64,000 bases of DNA from Eledone cirrhosa. Lineage: Eukaryota. The translations under genes and the position numbers were made by a program. Below, piece after piece: positions 24,410-37,589 of this stretch (within the stretch, counting starts at the first letter, position 1; every line of letters starts with the position of its first letter). Under the pieces are notes generated by a model that saw only the letters and a list, made by a program, of their open reading frames with translations, was not told the DNA's origin and searched no databases. The stretch spans positions 57,660,001 through 57,724,000 of the forward strand of contig OZ024744.1 in assembly GCA_964016885.1 (NCBI GenBank), read 5' to 3'.

Positions 24410-24545
24410 TTGCGAGTGCGAGTTGGAATGGCTTTTCCAGCGCGTCTCCCTCACCATCCTCCGGGGAAACGCCTTCTCTATTCTGTCCACCAGGGTCGTG
24501 GGCGGCCAGCGTGTGGGCCTCCATTTGCTCATCCATGTGTTATGT
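24410..24545 (+). mobile_element. Second CRE-like 3'-end fragment
   Basis: gcgagttggaatggcttttccagcgcgtctc...cctccggggaaacgccttctc matches the reverse complement of ~22100-22195. Confidence 0.85.
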
Positions 24546-25079
24546 ATCAGTTTAATTTAATTGTTTAGTGATTGTACAGCTATGGTCTTCTCTGAGAAAG
24601 ATAATTACCATTTATCCTAAGAAGATACTCAGTTGTTTTGTTTCTTCCCAGCCTTGTATTAATGGTAAAGTTTCTAGGGAATAGTATTTATTACATGAAA
24701 GAATAGATAATTTCCATATACTGATTCCACTCTATATGGGACCATCTTTATGTATCTATATATCTGTTTGTCTGTCTGTACATGCCAGGAGTTGCAACCA
24801 GCAGGCAGTCAGCAATGGAAAAACCCAATAGAACCATTATTTACTTTGGTCCAATCTGATGCATACAGGTCATTGCATATGTGGATCTGTGTTTTCACTC
24901 ATGTATGTACATGTGTTTGTATGTATATATGTATGCATTTAATATGCAGGACATTCTTAGTTTTTAGTTGTTGTTGTTTTATTACTTATCTTACTAGCTC
25001 TTTTTGATTACCAACTGTAACGAGTACTCTATACTTCCTCTAGTCTGTCATGGCTTACTAGCTCTATACAGTCATTTAA

Positions 25080-25284
25080 CTCTTTAGCATTTAAACCGGC
25101 TGTATCCGGCCAGAATTTTCTCACCTCTATCTGTTCAAACCAGCTGTATCTGGCTGCTTATGTTGATGTTAAGGCATTATTCTCAAAATAAATTTTAAAA
25201 TCTCATAGATTCGATATTATGTGAGGTAAAGCCATTACCAATAAAATATAATAGTAAATATAGAGTAATGTAAATGCTAAAGGG
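25080..25284. mobile_element. piggyBac-like MITE
   Basis: TTAA-ctctttagcattta ... taaatgctaaaggg-GTAA terminal inverted repeats. Confidence 0.8.
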
Positions 25285-25899
25285 GTAAATTGAATAAATA
25301 AATATATATGATTATAATCAGTTGCCTCTACATCCTCTCTGTTGCTATATATACTAATGCCTTGTAAGTCTTGTCAACTGAGTATAATAAGCTTTGTTGA
25401 TGAGGTCTAACAATACAAAAACATGTCTTATTTTCACCAATTAGTTGACTTGAAAGACAAGATTCACTCCCACTTGCATTGCCTATATTTTCCAAAAAAT
25501 TTGTTTAGCTAACCTTATTGGAGTTATCTTCCTTATTGCTTTTAGACTTTAAACATCACTTGAGTGAAGTTTTGTCTACTACTAATTGTTTAGATATTTT
25601 CACTTGTTTTTTAACTCCCTATAATACATGTATGAAACTCTATTGTACATGTATATCTACAGGAAAAACTTCTGGAGTGTTTTACATATTTTCACAGTTC
25701 CAGTAATGGTTTGCAATTGTAAATACTTAAATAGGCCATCCTGGAGAAGGACGAGTTCTGCCATGTTTAAAATGTCCAAGATACACCATATATCATTATG
25801 AGTCCATCAGGAGCTAAGAGCCTATACATGAATGCAAATAGGCTATGTTCTTTCTGATCTTGTAAATCCCGACTTCTCAAGATTGGTGTGGAGGCAGTT

Positions 25900-26390
25900 A
25901 GTAACATGGTATAGTGTATTGTAACCCCAAATACCCTTTTGATTAAAGGTGTGAATCTAAAGTCCAGGTGTAGTATGTCTCAATTTTTCACCAGTTTGGC
26001 ATAGATGTTTTCTTTTCACTTTTATCTTTAACATTATTGTTAGCATCTGCTGGTCAATTAATTTCTACAACTGTGCCCACTTTCTTTTCTCTGTCCCAGA
26101 TTATTATATCTAGTCTTGGTCTGTCATGCTTACATTTTACGGAGTGTTTGTCAGGAATATTCCAGCTGTATTCATTCATATTATGGGTGAGTATGCCCTC
26201 CACATCACTGTAACTTTTTTACATTTTTATTTTCAGAGCTGTCTTTTCTACAGATTCTATTATTGGTATATGTCTTTATCTTCTTGAGAGCATATGACCG
26301 GGAGGCACTACATCTTTAAAGGGAATTATAAGAAATATATACATCCTCATCTTTTTAAATTCACTTTTTATGATGGCATCATATAGTGTC
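25900..26390 (-). mobile_element. R4/Dong-like endonuclease relic
   Basis: Minus translation KCKHDRP..DIIIWDREKKVGTVVEIN*PAD and KENIYAKLVKN. Confidence 0.7.
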
Positions 26391-26457
26391 CCTTTCAAAT
26401 AACTATTTATCTATTTCTCTCCCTGTCTGTCTATCTATCTATCTTACTGTATACTGG

Positions 26458-29400
26458 CCCCCACCTTTGATGACTTTGAGATGCACGCATATCTCTGTCA
26501 ACCCGGAGGTGGGGTGGGGTTGTCATTCTGCTGCAAAAACATCTGGGTCTCGCAACATAGACGGTACATTTAGACCCGGAGGGTCGACTAGTGGTTCTGG
26601 ACCTTGGCAGTGGTGAAGGTGGAGCGTTTAGGTTGGTAGCCGTCTACGGCCCTTTCGGGTCAATGCGGCTGGACTTCTTCCATCGTCTGGAGACTTTTCT
26701 AGGGACGTCCCGCACCTTGCTATTAGTGGAAAACTGGAATGGTATCCTAGATGCACGTTGGGGCTATGTAGGGGCCTGTCCCGATAGAGAGGGGTGTAAT
26801 AGCCTCAAAGGGTTAATCGGTCTATTTGACCTGGCCGATAGATATCGACTAGATTTTCCGACTGCGCCAACCTGGACTTGGGCAAACTGCAGCGGATCAT
26901 CTAAGTCGTACCTAGATAGGTTCTTAGTTAGAAATAAGGATAAGGACTTTTTAAGTTGTCCAAAAATGCACATGGTTGGCTATTCAGACCACAAGTTAGT
27001 GACCTGCATGGTCAACCTTGAAAGAACGCATAGACAGGGACCCGGTTACTGGAAGCTCAACTTGTCCTTACCGGCAAGTAAGGCTTACAGGGACTGGATT
27101 AGCACTTTAGTTAAGGAACGGTTGACGGGCGCCATCATCAACAGCAGGTGGTGGGGATCTCTCAAAAGAGAGATTAGAGTAGTCTCTATAGAATTTAGTA
27201 AGGAGTTAGCCTCAAATAGAAATAGGAAGGAAAGGGAGTTGGTAGATAGTGTAGAAGAGGCAATTAGAAGTGGCGACGGGGCCAGAGTGCTAGCGTCGAG
27301 AACGGCCCTGGGCCAGTTCTTCGACGCGAAACACGAAGGCTGCATCGTCCGAAGCAAAATACGTGCTCTGGGAAACGACGGGACCAAAGCTGTTAGCTGG
27401 GCCCGTGTGACAAAAGAGGGAGTAGATCCACTATCCAGTCTTTGCGAGACCAGTATGGACAAGTGATCCTTGAACCTAAGCAGATGTGCGAGGCTTTTCA
27501 AAAGCACTTTGCCAGATTGTTCGGAAAGGGCGTGAATCCGGTTGGGGAAGTGGACTTCGGTCCATACCTCGACGGCCTGCCGTGTCTCTCGGACAGGGAG
27601 GCGAAGTCCTGCGAGGAGCCGATTTCAGCCGCTGAGATAGAGGACGTGCTGAGCCAATGCGGCAAACGCAAATCCCCGGGTCTCGATGGTTTCCGTACGA
27701 ACTATATCTAGCTATGCCGGACTTGTTCCCCGATCTCCTCGAGGCGGTCTACTGCAACTGGCAACAGAACGGGAGAATTCCCTGTGCTGTGACCAAGGGC
27801 GTAGTCACGCTAGTGAGGAAGGACGAGAACAAGGGGGACGATATAAATAATTTCAGGCCCATAACTCTGCTAAATACAGAGTTACAGATTTTGGCCAAGG
27901 TGCTAGCAAAGAGGTTGGCGCTTGTCGTGGGCACCCTGGTGGGAGATGCACAGACATGTGCTATCCCATCCAGGACCATCCACGACAACCTCCACCTCAT
28001 GCGATACATCATAGAGAGGGCTGGGAACGAACCCGGCTTTGGTGGGGCCCTGATCAACTTGGATCAATCTAAGGCGTTCGATAGGGTCGACCATGGTTAC
28101 CTGGATGCGGTGCTAGCGGCGGCAGGCTTCGGACCCATTTTCAGGGGCTGGATCAATGCCATGCTCAGCAGCCGCATCTGCTCTAGGGTCAAGGTGAACG
28201 GCTACCTCTCGGAGCCGTTCAAAGTCACGCGGTCCATCCGACAAGGGTCCCCTGTCTCCTCCCTTCTGTATGTAATGACTCTAGAGCCACTGCTGCGGAA
28301 GTTGGAGTTGTTGCAGGGCATCCCATTGGAACCGGAATTGCGGAAAGCGGTGTTGGCCTACGCCGATGACGTAACAGTAATGGTGTTGACGGCCTCGGAA
28401 ATCAGGGCGATCGGCACCTTACTGGAGGAGTACGAAAGGTTTACAGGGGCTAAGCTGAACCAGGACAAGTCGATCGGTCTGCAACTCGGCACGTGGAGGG
28501 GCAGATCGATGCCCTCCGATGGTGGCGTCGGGCACTGGACGGAGGGCCCGGTGAAGTTGCTCGGGGTCTGGTTCGGACCAGACCTCCAAGTGGAGAAGAA
28601 CTGGGGGGAGGTAACGAACAGGGTGTTTGCACTGACCCAGAAGTGGGCCGAGTGCAAACTGTCCCTGAAAGGTCGGGTGGAGGTGGCGAACACTTATATA
28701 GCGTCCGTCATCTACTACCGCCTGACCGTTGTGCCTTGTCCAAGGGAAACGCTTGCCAAAATGGAGCGTGCACTCTTCCAATTCCTTTGGAAGAAGTGGG
28801 CTCCTATGGTGAGGAGATCCATCTGCTGTCAACACCCTTCGAAAGGTGGGGATGCCGTGGCTAATGATACGTAAACACGCATTAAGGCTACGGCGCCTCC
28901 AGGTATTCCTCACCGGTCAACCGGTGTGGGCCCCGTTTGTGAGGCGAGCCTTTCCCAGACTCGTCTCGCTCACCGAGCTGCAATCCTGGGTCAAGCAAAG
29001 ACCAAGAAAACTGGGCGCCTGGCACACCGAGTGTGCCCAGTGTGCCCAGGCGCTCACGGCTCTCTGGCAGGCGGACCCGGGGTCAGTGGAGATTCCACCT
29101 CGTCATTCTATAGAGGGCTGGTGGTTAGCAGGTGCGACGACGCCCTCGGAGAAGCCCTAGGCATGGAGGAAGACGAACTGGCCAACCTGTTCGGTAGGGC
29201 ATTCAGCCCGGGACCCATGGATAACTTCCAGAGGTCCCTGGCCTGGCAGTGCTACCGAGGGGCTCTGCCCATTCGAGAAAGGCTCTACAGATACGGGGGC
29301 CCGGGTAGGGACCCCTCGAAAAAGATCTGTCCCAGATGCGTGTGTGACGAGGAAACCGTTGCATATGCATTGGTACACTGCTCGGGCATTGCCGATCTGT

Positions 29401-30027
29401 GGGGCTATGTCGAACAACTGCTGTCAAGGGTGGGACCGATCTGGTTGACCACCGAGTCTATTGTAACGATCAAGCCGCCTCCCCTCTTCAAAAACGAAGG
29501 AGATGCGGTGTTTCTGTGTGTAATAGCCATGGCGAAAGAGGTTGTATGGTTGACGCGTCTGAAAGGACTGAGGTCAGACACCTTTCTCTCTGGCCAACAA
29601 CTGGTCCGTTTCTTCCGATATCATTTCGGAAGAAGGATCAGGATGGAGAGAGAGGTGCTGCACCCCTGCTGTTTTTATGAAAGATGGGTGAAAGTGGCGA
29701 GAATGGCCCGTGTGGATGGGCCTTCACTCTACATCATACTATAGATGAGGAAGATGAAAGATCAAGGGTGCACCCCCTCTCTGTGCTCCTGAGGAGAAGG
29801 GTTGCACACTTATTTTCGGGGGCGTGTGCGACCCCCCAAGGCGCCTCCTCCCTATTGAGGATTTTGTTATTAAATTTATTTTTGTTATATTTTATTTTAT
29901 TTTTATATCTTGTTATTGCCTCCTCCTTATTGAGGATGCCTTTTTATGTAAACTCTGGCCCCCCCCACCCCCCCACCCATTGTACTTGTCCCACTTTTGA
30001 TGCCCTGGTGGAAAATAAAAAGAAAGT
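26458..30027 (+). mobile_element. Tx1-type (L1 group) LINE, 5'-truncated: ORF2 APE + RT + zinc-binding region, frameshifted; 18-bp TSD
   Basis: YLDRFLV, SDHKLV, GPGYWKLN, KSPGLDG, FRPITLLN, LDQSKAFDRVDH, YADD and CPRC..EET..ALVHC. TSD tatcttactgtatactgg at 26440-26457 and 30028-30045. Confidence 0.95.
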
Positions 30028-30379
30028 TATCTTACTGTATACTGGTTCATCTATTCATCTGTCAATATACCCCCTGTTGATTACAAAAGGTAAACTATAT
30101 CACATAAATACCATTTTGTGCCCCTCCAAAATTGGCTGTGTAGCTAAGAATTCACTTCATCACAACATGGTTTTGGGTTAACTTGCTCCTGCATAGCACT
30201 TTGGGCAAGGGTCTTCTATAGAATCAGGGTTAATGCCTCGTGGGTGAAATTTGATAAATTGTAGAAGCCCATTCTATATATATATATTTTTTTTTTCCAA
30301 TTGACTTTCGTCAAATCGGACCGAGGAAACAATGTTCCCATTGGTCTTTCCAATTGCTAATACTATCTATCGGTCACAA

Positions 30380-30510
30380 CTCCAGTTAGAAGGAGCAACG
30401 AGAAATAAAGTGTCTTGCTCAAGGACATAACGCATCGCCCGGTTCGGGAATCGAACTTACAACCTCACGATTGTGAATCCAATTCTCTAACCCTCAGCCA
30501 TGCACCTCCA
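30380..30510 (-). mobile_element. CORE-like tRNA SINE head
   Basis: gaaataaagtgtcttgctcaagga...gggaatcgaact...ctctaaccctcagccatgcacctc. Confidence 0.75.
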
Positions 30511-30643
30511 CAAATATATATATATATTTGTATGTATAATTATTCCAAGTAAGAAACATTGGTTGATCAATTAATCATTTGTAACCGGACTGCTATCATT
30601 GTGTTCCAATCTATCAAAAACAAAAACATATTACACCTTAATA

Positions 30644-30714
30644 CCTGTCTGATGACAAAACATCAAAGAATTATCATGCAATCACTTTGATGTCTTCGAA
30701 ATGCGCATAACAGG
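30644..30714 (+). ncRNA. Type-I hammerhead ribozyme motif with a long stem II
   Basis: CCTGT-CTGATGA-caaaACATCAAAG...CTTTGATGTcttc-GAAA-TGCGCA-TA-ACAGG: perfect 5-bp stem I, palindromic ATGCGCAT stem III; the closing pair of stem II is a C-C mismatch. Confidence 0.75.
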
Positions 30715-30766
30715 ATTACATAATAAACAGAGGATGAGGATGTATACATAAAACCATCTCTCTTGT

Positions 30767-30796
<30 letters not shown>

Positions 30797-30798
<2 letters not shown>

Positions 30799-31437
30799 CA
30801 AGTTAATATAAATTAATATATTTGATAAACACATACCTACATATCCGTGTTTGTATTGTAAATGACTAAGTTAGCTAGATTGAAAAATACTAATTATAAT
30901 AATACAGTTTGCCTGTCTCGATTTAAAATAATAAATCAATAAAAACAAAGCATATTGGCAAATGGCCGTGGTGCTTGGACAAATTTAAATTTCAAAATCA
31001 AACCTGTTCCGTAGACAGATTTAAACCTTAAATTCCAAATAAGTTTCGAAAAATGAAAAAGTGAAAAAATACTGCATTTAGATCTCCTCAGCAAGCACTA
31101 GAAAAATTGGTATGTTTCACTTCAAAACATTTAAAAAGACCGTTTAACGCACATGGTTTTTCACACATGGTTATCCAGTGTCTAGCTGCCGCATACTCGT
31201 GCTGCTAGAAATAACAGCCGTTTATATGGGGCTCTACATAAGGAGCAATGATACTATTAATAATGAGTTCAAAACTCAGGCAGTCATTTACAATACAAAC
31301 ACAGATATGTTGGTATTTGTGTTTATCAAATATATTAATTTATATTAACTTGTATTACACGGCTCAGAAATACTTCTTTCTTTGAGCTATTTCATTGTAA
31401 AGGACTGCCTGAGTTTTGAACTCATTATTAATAGTAT
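30797..31437. repeat. Interlocked inverted repeats (A..B-A'..B') bounded by (TA)n
   Basis: A 30797-30867 pairs with A' 31282-31354; B 31251-31285 pairs with B' 31403-31437. Confidence 0.85.
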
Positions 31438-31927
31438 ATATATATATATATATGTTTGTGTGTGTCTGTTATGTATGTATGTTTGTTTTTACATTTATGT
31501 CTTTGATTATGTCCTCCAACTTAGTGATTTAACAAAAAGTGATCAATAAAATAGTTACCAGACTTGAAAAAATAAGTACTAGGATTGATATAATCGACTA
31601 AGTCCCTTCAATGTGGTGCACCAGCATGGTCACAGTCTAATGACTGAGACCTGTGTATTCATAAAAGTATTTATAAATACAAACACATACATATATAGAG
31701 GGAGAGACAGAGAATGTATTCCCACATACCCATTGAAGAATAATGAAGGGGTGTTCTGACAATGGGGTCAGGCATGTGTTGTTTAAATATGAATTCCTGG
31801 TTTGATTTAATGATTCCTATCATTTCGGAGGAGTAGGGTGGGGCAGGATAAGCAAAACAATGGTAAATGAACATATGCTTTAGCTGTTTGTTTTGAAGAA
31901 TTTTGTTTTGTTTGTAGAAAAAATTAA

Positions 31928-32361
31928 CCCTTTTAATACCAAGCTGCAGAAATCAGCCCTGGTTTTACAATATAAAGCTGCTTATTTTAAAGTGTTTATA
32001 TTTATCTAAAATCCTCCCATTATAATTTTATGTGGATTGGCAGTATCGGTAGAGGGTCGGACGCCATGCTTTGCAGCAAAGAGTTACGTCCCTTTATGGT
32101 CTGAGTTCAAATCCCGCCGAGGTTAAATTTGCCTTTCATCCTTACGGGGTCGATAAAACAAAGTACCAGTGATGCACTGGGATAATTGCTGGCCTTGTGC
32201 CAAATGTAGAAACAATTATAATTTTATGTGAGAACCTTTAAGTTATGTTCCAAACACCAGCTTAATAACAAGTCAATTATATTACTAAATCACTCCAAAT
32301 TCTTGATTATTTTCAAAATTATTAGGCAGTGTTTTTCAATAGAAATATGGTAATAAAAGAG
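31928..32361. mobile_element. piggyBac-like MITE (second family) interrupted by a SINE
   Basis: TTAA-cccttttaatacc ... ggtaataaaagag-TTAG. Confidence 0.65.
32035..32214 (+). mobile_element. Deu/Nin-like SINE with a 16-bp TSD
   Basis: attataattttatgtg at 32019-32034 and 32215-32230 flanks a copy containing A and B boxes. Confidence 0.9.
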
Positions 32362-32919
32362 TTAGTGTTGTTTTGGTTGTTGTTCTAGTCCTTAATCATG
32401 CTGTTCCATGGCAAATGGCATTCCAGTACTGACCATCCTGTCTTCCTTATATAGTGTGCCCTGGATTACAATACCTAATGTGTCCTTGTTTTTTAAACCA
32501 GTAGGGCCTATTATTGTAATTGTGCATGTTGATGCTGTAGGTGTTGTTGATGGTGAAGAGGATGAAAGCACTGGTGATGATGATGAGTGTGATGGTGGCA
32601 GTGGTAGAAGTGATGAAGATAATGATGCTGGTGATGAGGAAAATGATGATGGTAGTGATTGCTACCGTCATCGTGATGGGGGGGGGGGTAATGGAAATGA
32701 TGATGATGATGATGATGATATGGGTGAAGATGATGTGGAAAGTGATGATGATGCATGAAAGAAGGAAATAAAAATGGTGGTTTCTATACACACACTCTTC
32801 ATATATGAATATAATCCCTACCACCTGTCTCTTTCTTTTTCACCCTACCACACACACATTCTGCACAGCAGCAGGTCTATAAGAGATATTGATTAATTGA
32901 TCTAATTAATCAACTAGTC

Positions 32920-35640
32920 TACAACGAGCACCATCTTCACCATCGCCATCGGCACAATCATCAGCACCATTAACACAAATACCACCACCATCAGCACCAC
33001 AACCATCAACATCACCAACACCATCATACATACCATTGTCACCACCATTAACACTATCACCACCATAACCACCAAGATCACCATCACAACTAGCATCAAC
33101 ATCCCCACCACTATTACCACCACTACCATGATACATACCATTGCCACCACTGCCACCTTACCCATCAACATCACCATCAGCACCTCAACCATCGACAGCA
33201 CCACTACCAGCATCAACACCCCCACCACTACCATCATACATACCATTGACACCACCACAAGATAAACATCACCTCTATCACCATTGCCAGCACCATCAAC
33301 GCAATCACCAACATTACCACTTCTATCACCACCACCACCACCACAACCATCACCATCACCACTACTATCAACACTATCATCAACATTACCACAACCATCA
33401 CCACCACAACCACCACCACCACAACCACAACCACCACCACCACAACCACCACCACCACAACCATCATCACCACCACAACCACCATCAACACTATCACCAA
33501 CATTACCACTTCTATCACCACAACCATCACCACCACAACCATCACCAACACTATCACCAACATTACCACTTCTATCACCACCACCACAACCATCACCACC
33601 ACAACCATCACCAACACTATCACCAACATTACCACTTCTATCACCTCCACCACTACCACCAGCAACACCATCACAACCATCACCATCACAACCACCATCA
33701 ACACTATCACCAACATTACCACTTCTATCACCACCACCACCACCACCATCACCACAACCATCAACACTATCACCAATATTACCACAGCCATCACCACCAC
33801 AACCATCATCACCACCACATCACCATCAACACTATCACCAACATTACCACTTCTATCACCACCACCACCACCACCAACACCATCACAACCACCATCACCA
33901 CCACAACCACCATCAACACTATCACCAACATTACCACTTCTATCACCACCACCACCACAACCATCACCACCACAACCATCACCATCACCACTACTATCAA
34001 CACCATCACCACTACTATCAACACTATCACCAACATTACCACTTCTATCACCACCACCACCACCACTTCTATCACCACAACCAACACCACCACAACCATC
34101 ACCATCACCACAACCACCATCCACACTATCACCAACATTACCACTTCTATCACCACCACCACCACAACAACCATCCCACCACAACCACCATCCACACTAT
34201 CACCAACATTACCACTTCTATCACCACCGCCACCACCACTTCTATCACCACAACCAACACCACCACAACCATCACCATCACCACAACAACCATCACCACC
34301 ACAACAACCATCACCACCACAACCACCATCAACACCACAACCACCATCAACATTATCCCCAACATTACCACTTCTATCACCACCACCACAACCATCACCA
34401 CCACAACCACCATCAACATTATCCCCAAGATTACCACTTCTATCACCACCACCATCAACATTATCACCAACATTACCACTTATATCACCACCACCATCAC
34501 TACCACAACCACCATCAACATTATCACCAACATTACCACTTATATCACCACCACCATCACTACCACAACCATCACCACCACAACCATCACCACCACAACC
34601 ACCATCAACACTATCACCAACATTACCACTTATATCACCACCACCATCACTACTACAACCATCACCACCACAACCATCACCATCACCACTACTATCAACA
34701 CTATCACCAACATTACCACTTCTATCACCACCACCACCACTTCTATCACCACAACCAACACCACCACAACCATCACCATCACCACAACCACCATCAACAC
34801 TATCCCCAACATTACCACTTATATCACCACCACCACCATCACCACAACAACCATCACCACCACAACCACCATCAACACTATAACCAACATTACCACTTAT
34901 ATCACCACCACCACCACAACCATCACCACCACCATCACCACAACCACCATCAACATTATCCCCAACATTACCACTTCTATCACCACCACCAGCACCACAA
35001 CCATCACCACCACAACCACCATCAACACTATCCCCAACATTACCACTTCTATAACCACCACCACCACCACAACCACCATCAACATTATCCCCAAGATTAC
35101 CACTTCTATCACCACCACCACCACCATCAACATTATCACCAACATTACCACTTATATCACCACCACCATCACTACCACAACCACCATCAACACTATCACC
35201 AACATTACCACTTCTATCACCACCACCACCACCACAACCATACCACAACCACCATCACCACAACCACCATCAACACTATCCTCAACATTACCACTTATAT
35301 CACCACCAGCACCACCACCATCACCACCACCATCACCACCACAACCACCATCAACACTATCACCAACTTAACCCCTTCTATCACCACCACAACCATCACC
35401 ACCACAACCAACATCAACATTACCCCCAACATTACCACTTCTATCACCACCACCAGCACCACAACGATCACCACCACAACCATCACCATCACCACCACCA
35501 TCAACACTATCCCCAAAATTACCACTTCTATCATCATCACCATCACCACTACCATCAACACTATCACCACCACCACCATCACCATCACCACCACCATCAA
35601 CACCATCACCACCACAACCATCACCACCACCACCACCATG
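32920..35640. repeat. ACC-rich minisatellite: conserved core ccatcaacactatcaccaacattaccacttctatcacc with variable (ACC/ACA/ATC)n spacers
   Basis: The core recurs dozens of times from ~33300 to 35530. Confidence 0.92.
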
Positions 35641-35789
35641 ATCATGTCAAATAGCAATTCAATGTTTGGCAAAATGTATAACACATTTCAACATTTGTTT
35701 TAAAATTAGAGACTAATCATTTCTTGTGAATATGTGGAAATGGTGGAGTGTGAGGTAGTGTGAGAGTCATATGTGTGTTGAAGAGAGAC

Positions 35790-36430
35790 AATGTGTAGTG
35801 TAGTGTAACATGGTGTAGTGTAATGTAACATGTTGTAGTGTACTGTAACATTGGTGTAGTGTAGTGTAACTTGGTCTGGTGTAGTGTAACATGGTGTAGT
35901 GTAGTGTAACTTAGTGTAGTGTAATATGGTGTGGTGTAGTATAACTTGGTGTAGTGTAACATGGTGTAATGTAGTGTAGTGTAACATGGTGTAATGTAGT
36001 GTAGTGTAACATGGTGTAATGTAGTGTACTGTAAGATGGTGGGGTGTAGTGTAACTTGGTGTGGTATAGTGTAGTGTACTGTAACATGGTGTGGTGTAGT
36101 CTACTGTAAAATGCTGTAGTGTACTGTAACATGGTGTGGTGTAGTCTACTGTAAAATGCTGTAGTGTAGTGTAACATGGTGTGGCGTAGTCTACTGTAAA
36201 ATGCTGTAGTGTAGTGTAACATGGTGTGGTGTAACTTGGTGTAATGTTCTGTAACATGGTTTAGTGTAGTGTAAAATAGTGTAGTGCAGTGTAACTTGGT
36301 GTAATGTTCTGTAACATGGTTTAGTGTACTGTAACATGGTGTAGTGTACTGTAAAAGTATACTCTAATGTACGATAGTGTGGTGTAACATTATGTAGTGT
36401 ACTGTAACATGGTGAAGTGTATCATAGTGT
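35790..36430. repeat. (GTGTA)n-derived degenerate repeat (gtagtgtagtgtaacatggt)
   Basis: Directly visible. Confidence 0.9.
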
Positions 36431-36655
36431 AATATTTTACCTGTTGATCATGGTGATGATGATGGTTGTGATGACTGTGGTACATAGACATGCATTTATA
36501 TGTGCATATTTCTATGTATGTGTACAACTTTGGAAAAAGGATATGAAATGATAGTACATGTACATATGCATTCGCACACATATATACATATACGTATATA
36601 ATATATATATATATATACACATACATACATGTATATATATGTGAGAGTGCATATA

Positions 36656-36713
<58 letters not shown>

Positions 36714-37589
36714 AGAGAGAGAGAGAGTGATAGATAAATATAGTTTAACAAAGCAAATTATGTATAATCTGTATAGCTCCAGCCATTATCTACTCACTCA
36801 ATGATTTTTCAAGACTTGTATGTTGTAAATACGAACTCATAATTCAGAGTGGACACTTTGTTAATTAGTAAATAAAATGGCTTTGAGTGGGCATACTGGA
36901 TATAGATAGATATGTGTGTGTGTATAGAAAGAGAGAGAGAGTGAGATACATTGTGTGTATGTGTATGCACACATTTACATATTCGTATAATTATATATGT
37001 GTGTATATATATAATTATATAGATGGCAGTAGTAGATTTATTAAGATTTGTATACATGTGAATGTCTATTCGTAGTGCATGTATATTGTGTTTGTAAATG
37101 TTGATCAATAGAGAAACTGATAGAAAGAAGGTTGGGGATAGTTGGTCAACCATACAAATAAAAAGAGCTGAAATATAAAAATTACATTATGAGGGGTGAG
37201 GGGAAATATGTTTGTATTTATTTTGTTTGCTATTATTTAAAAAAATCATTAATATTAAATATAAATAAAAATTAAAAAGATATCATTATTATTATTATTA
37301 TTTGAAACCTCCTTTGAATTCTGCTTTTTTCCCAAATCATGCCAAGTGTCAACCTGACACCTGAGGTAAAATTTGATAATATACACATTAACACACTGGG
37401 GTCGGTTTATTTGAGTTTTCCCTGCCCACAAATTGTTGGCCTTATGCCTAAATCAGAAACCATTATTATGATGTGAAACTTCCATGGATTCTGCTTCCAT
37501 ATCTTGCTGAGTGTCAACATGACACCTGGGGAAAAATTTGATAATACACACATTTTACAATCAATTGTCACACAAATGATGCCACAAGG

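Noticed and set aside
32408-32824. Asp/Gly-rich acidic ORF
   Set aside because: Degenerate (GAT/GGT)n repeat next to a SINE fragment.
33141-35371. 580-695-aa mucin/extensin-like ORFs and a CRISPR-like appearance
   Set aside because: Open on both strands by composition; spacers are simple triplet repeats; eukaryotic context with no cas genes.
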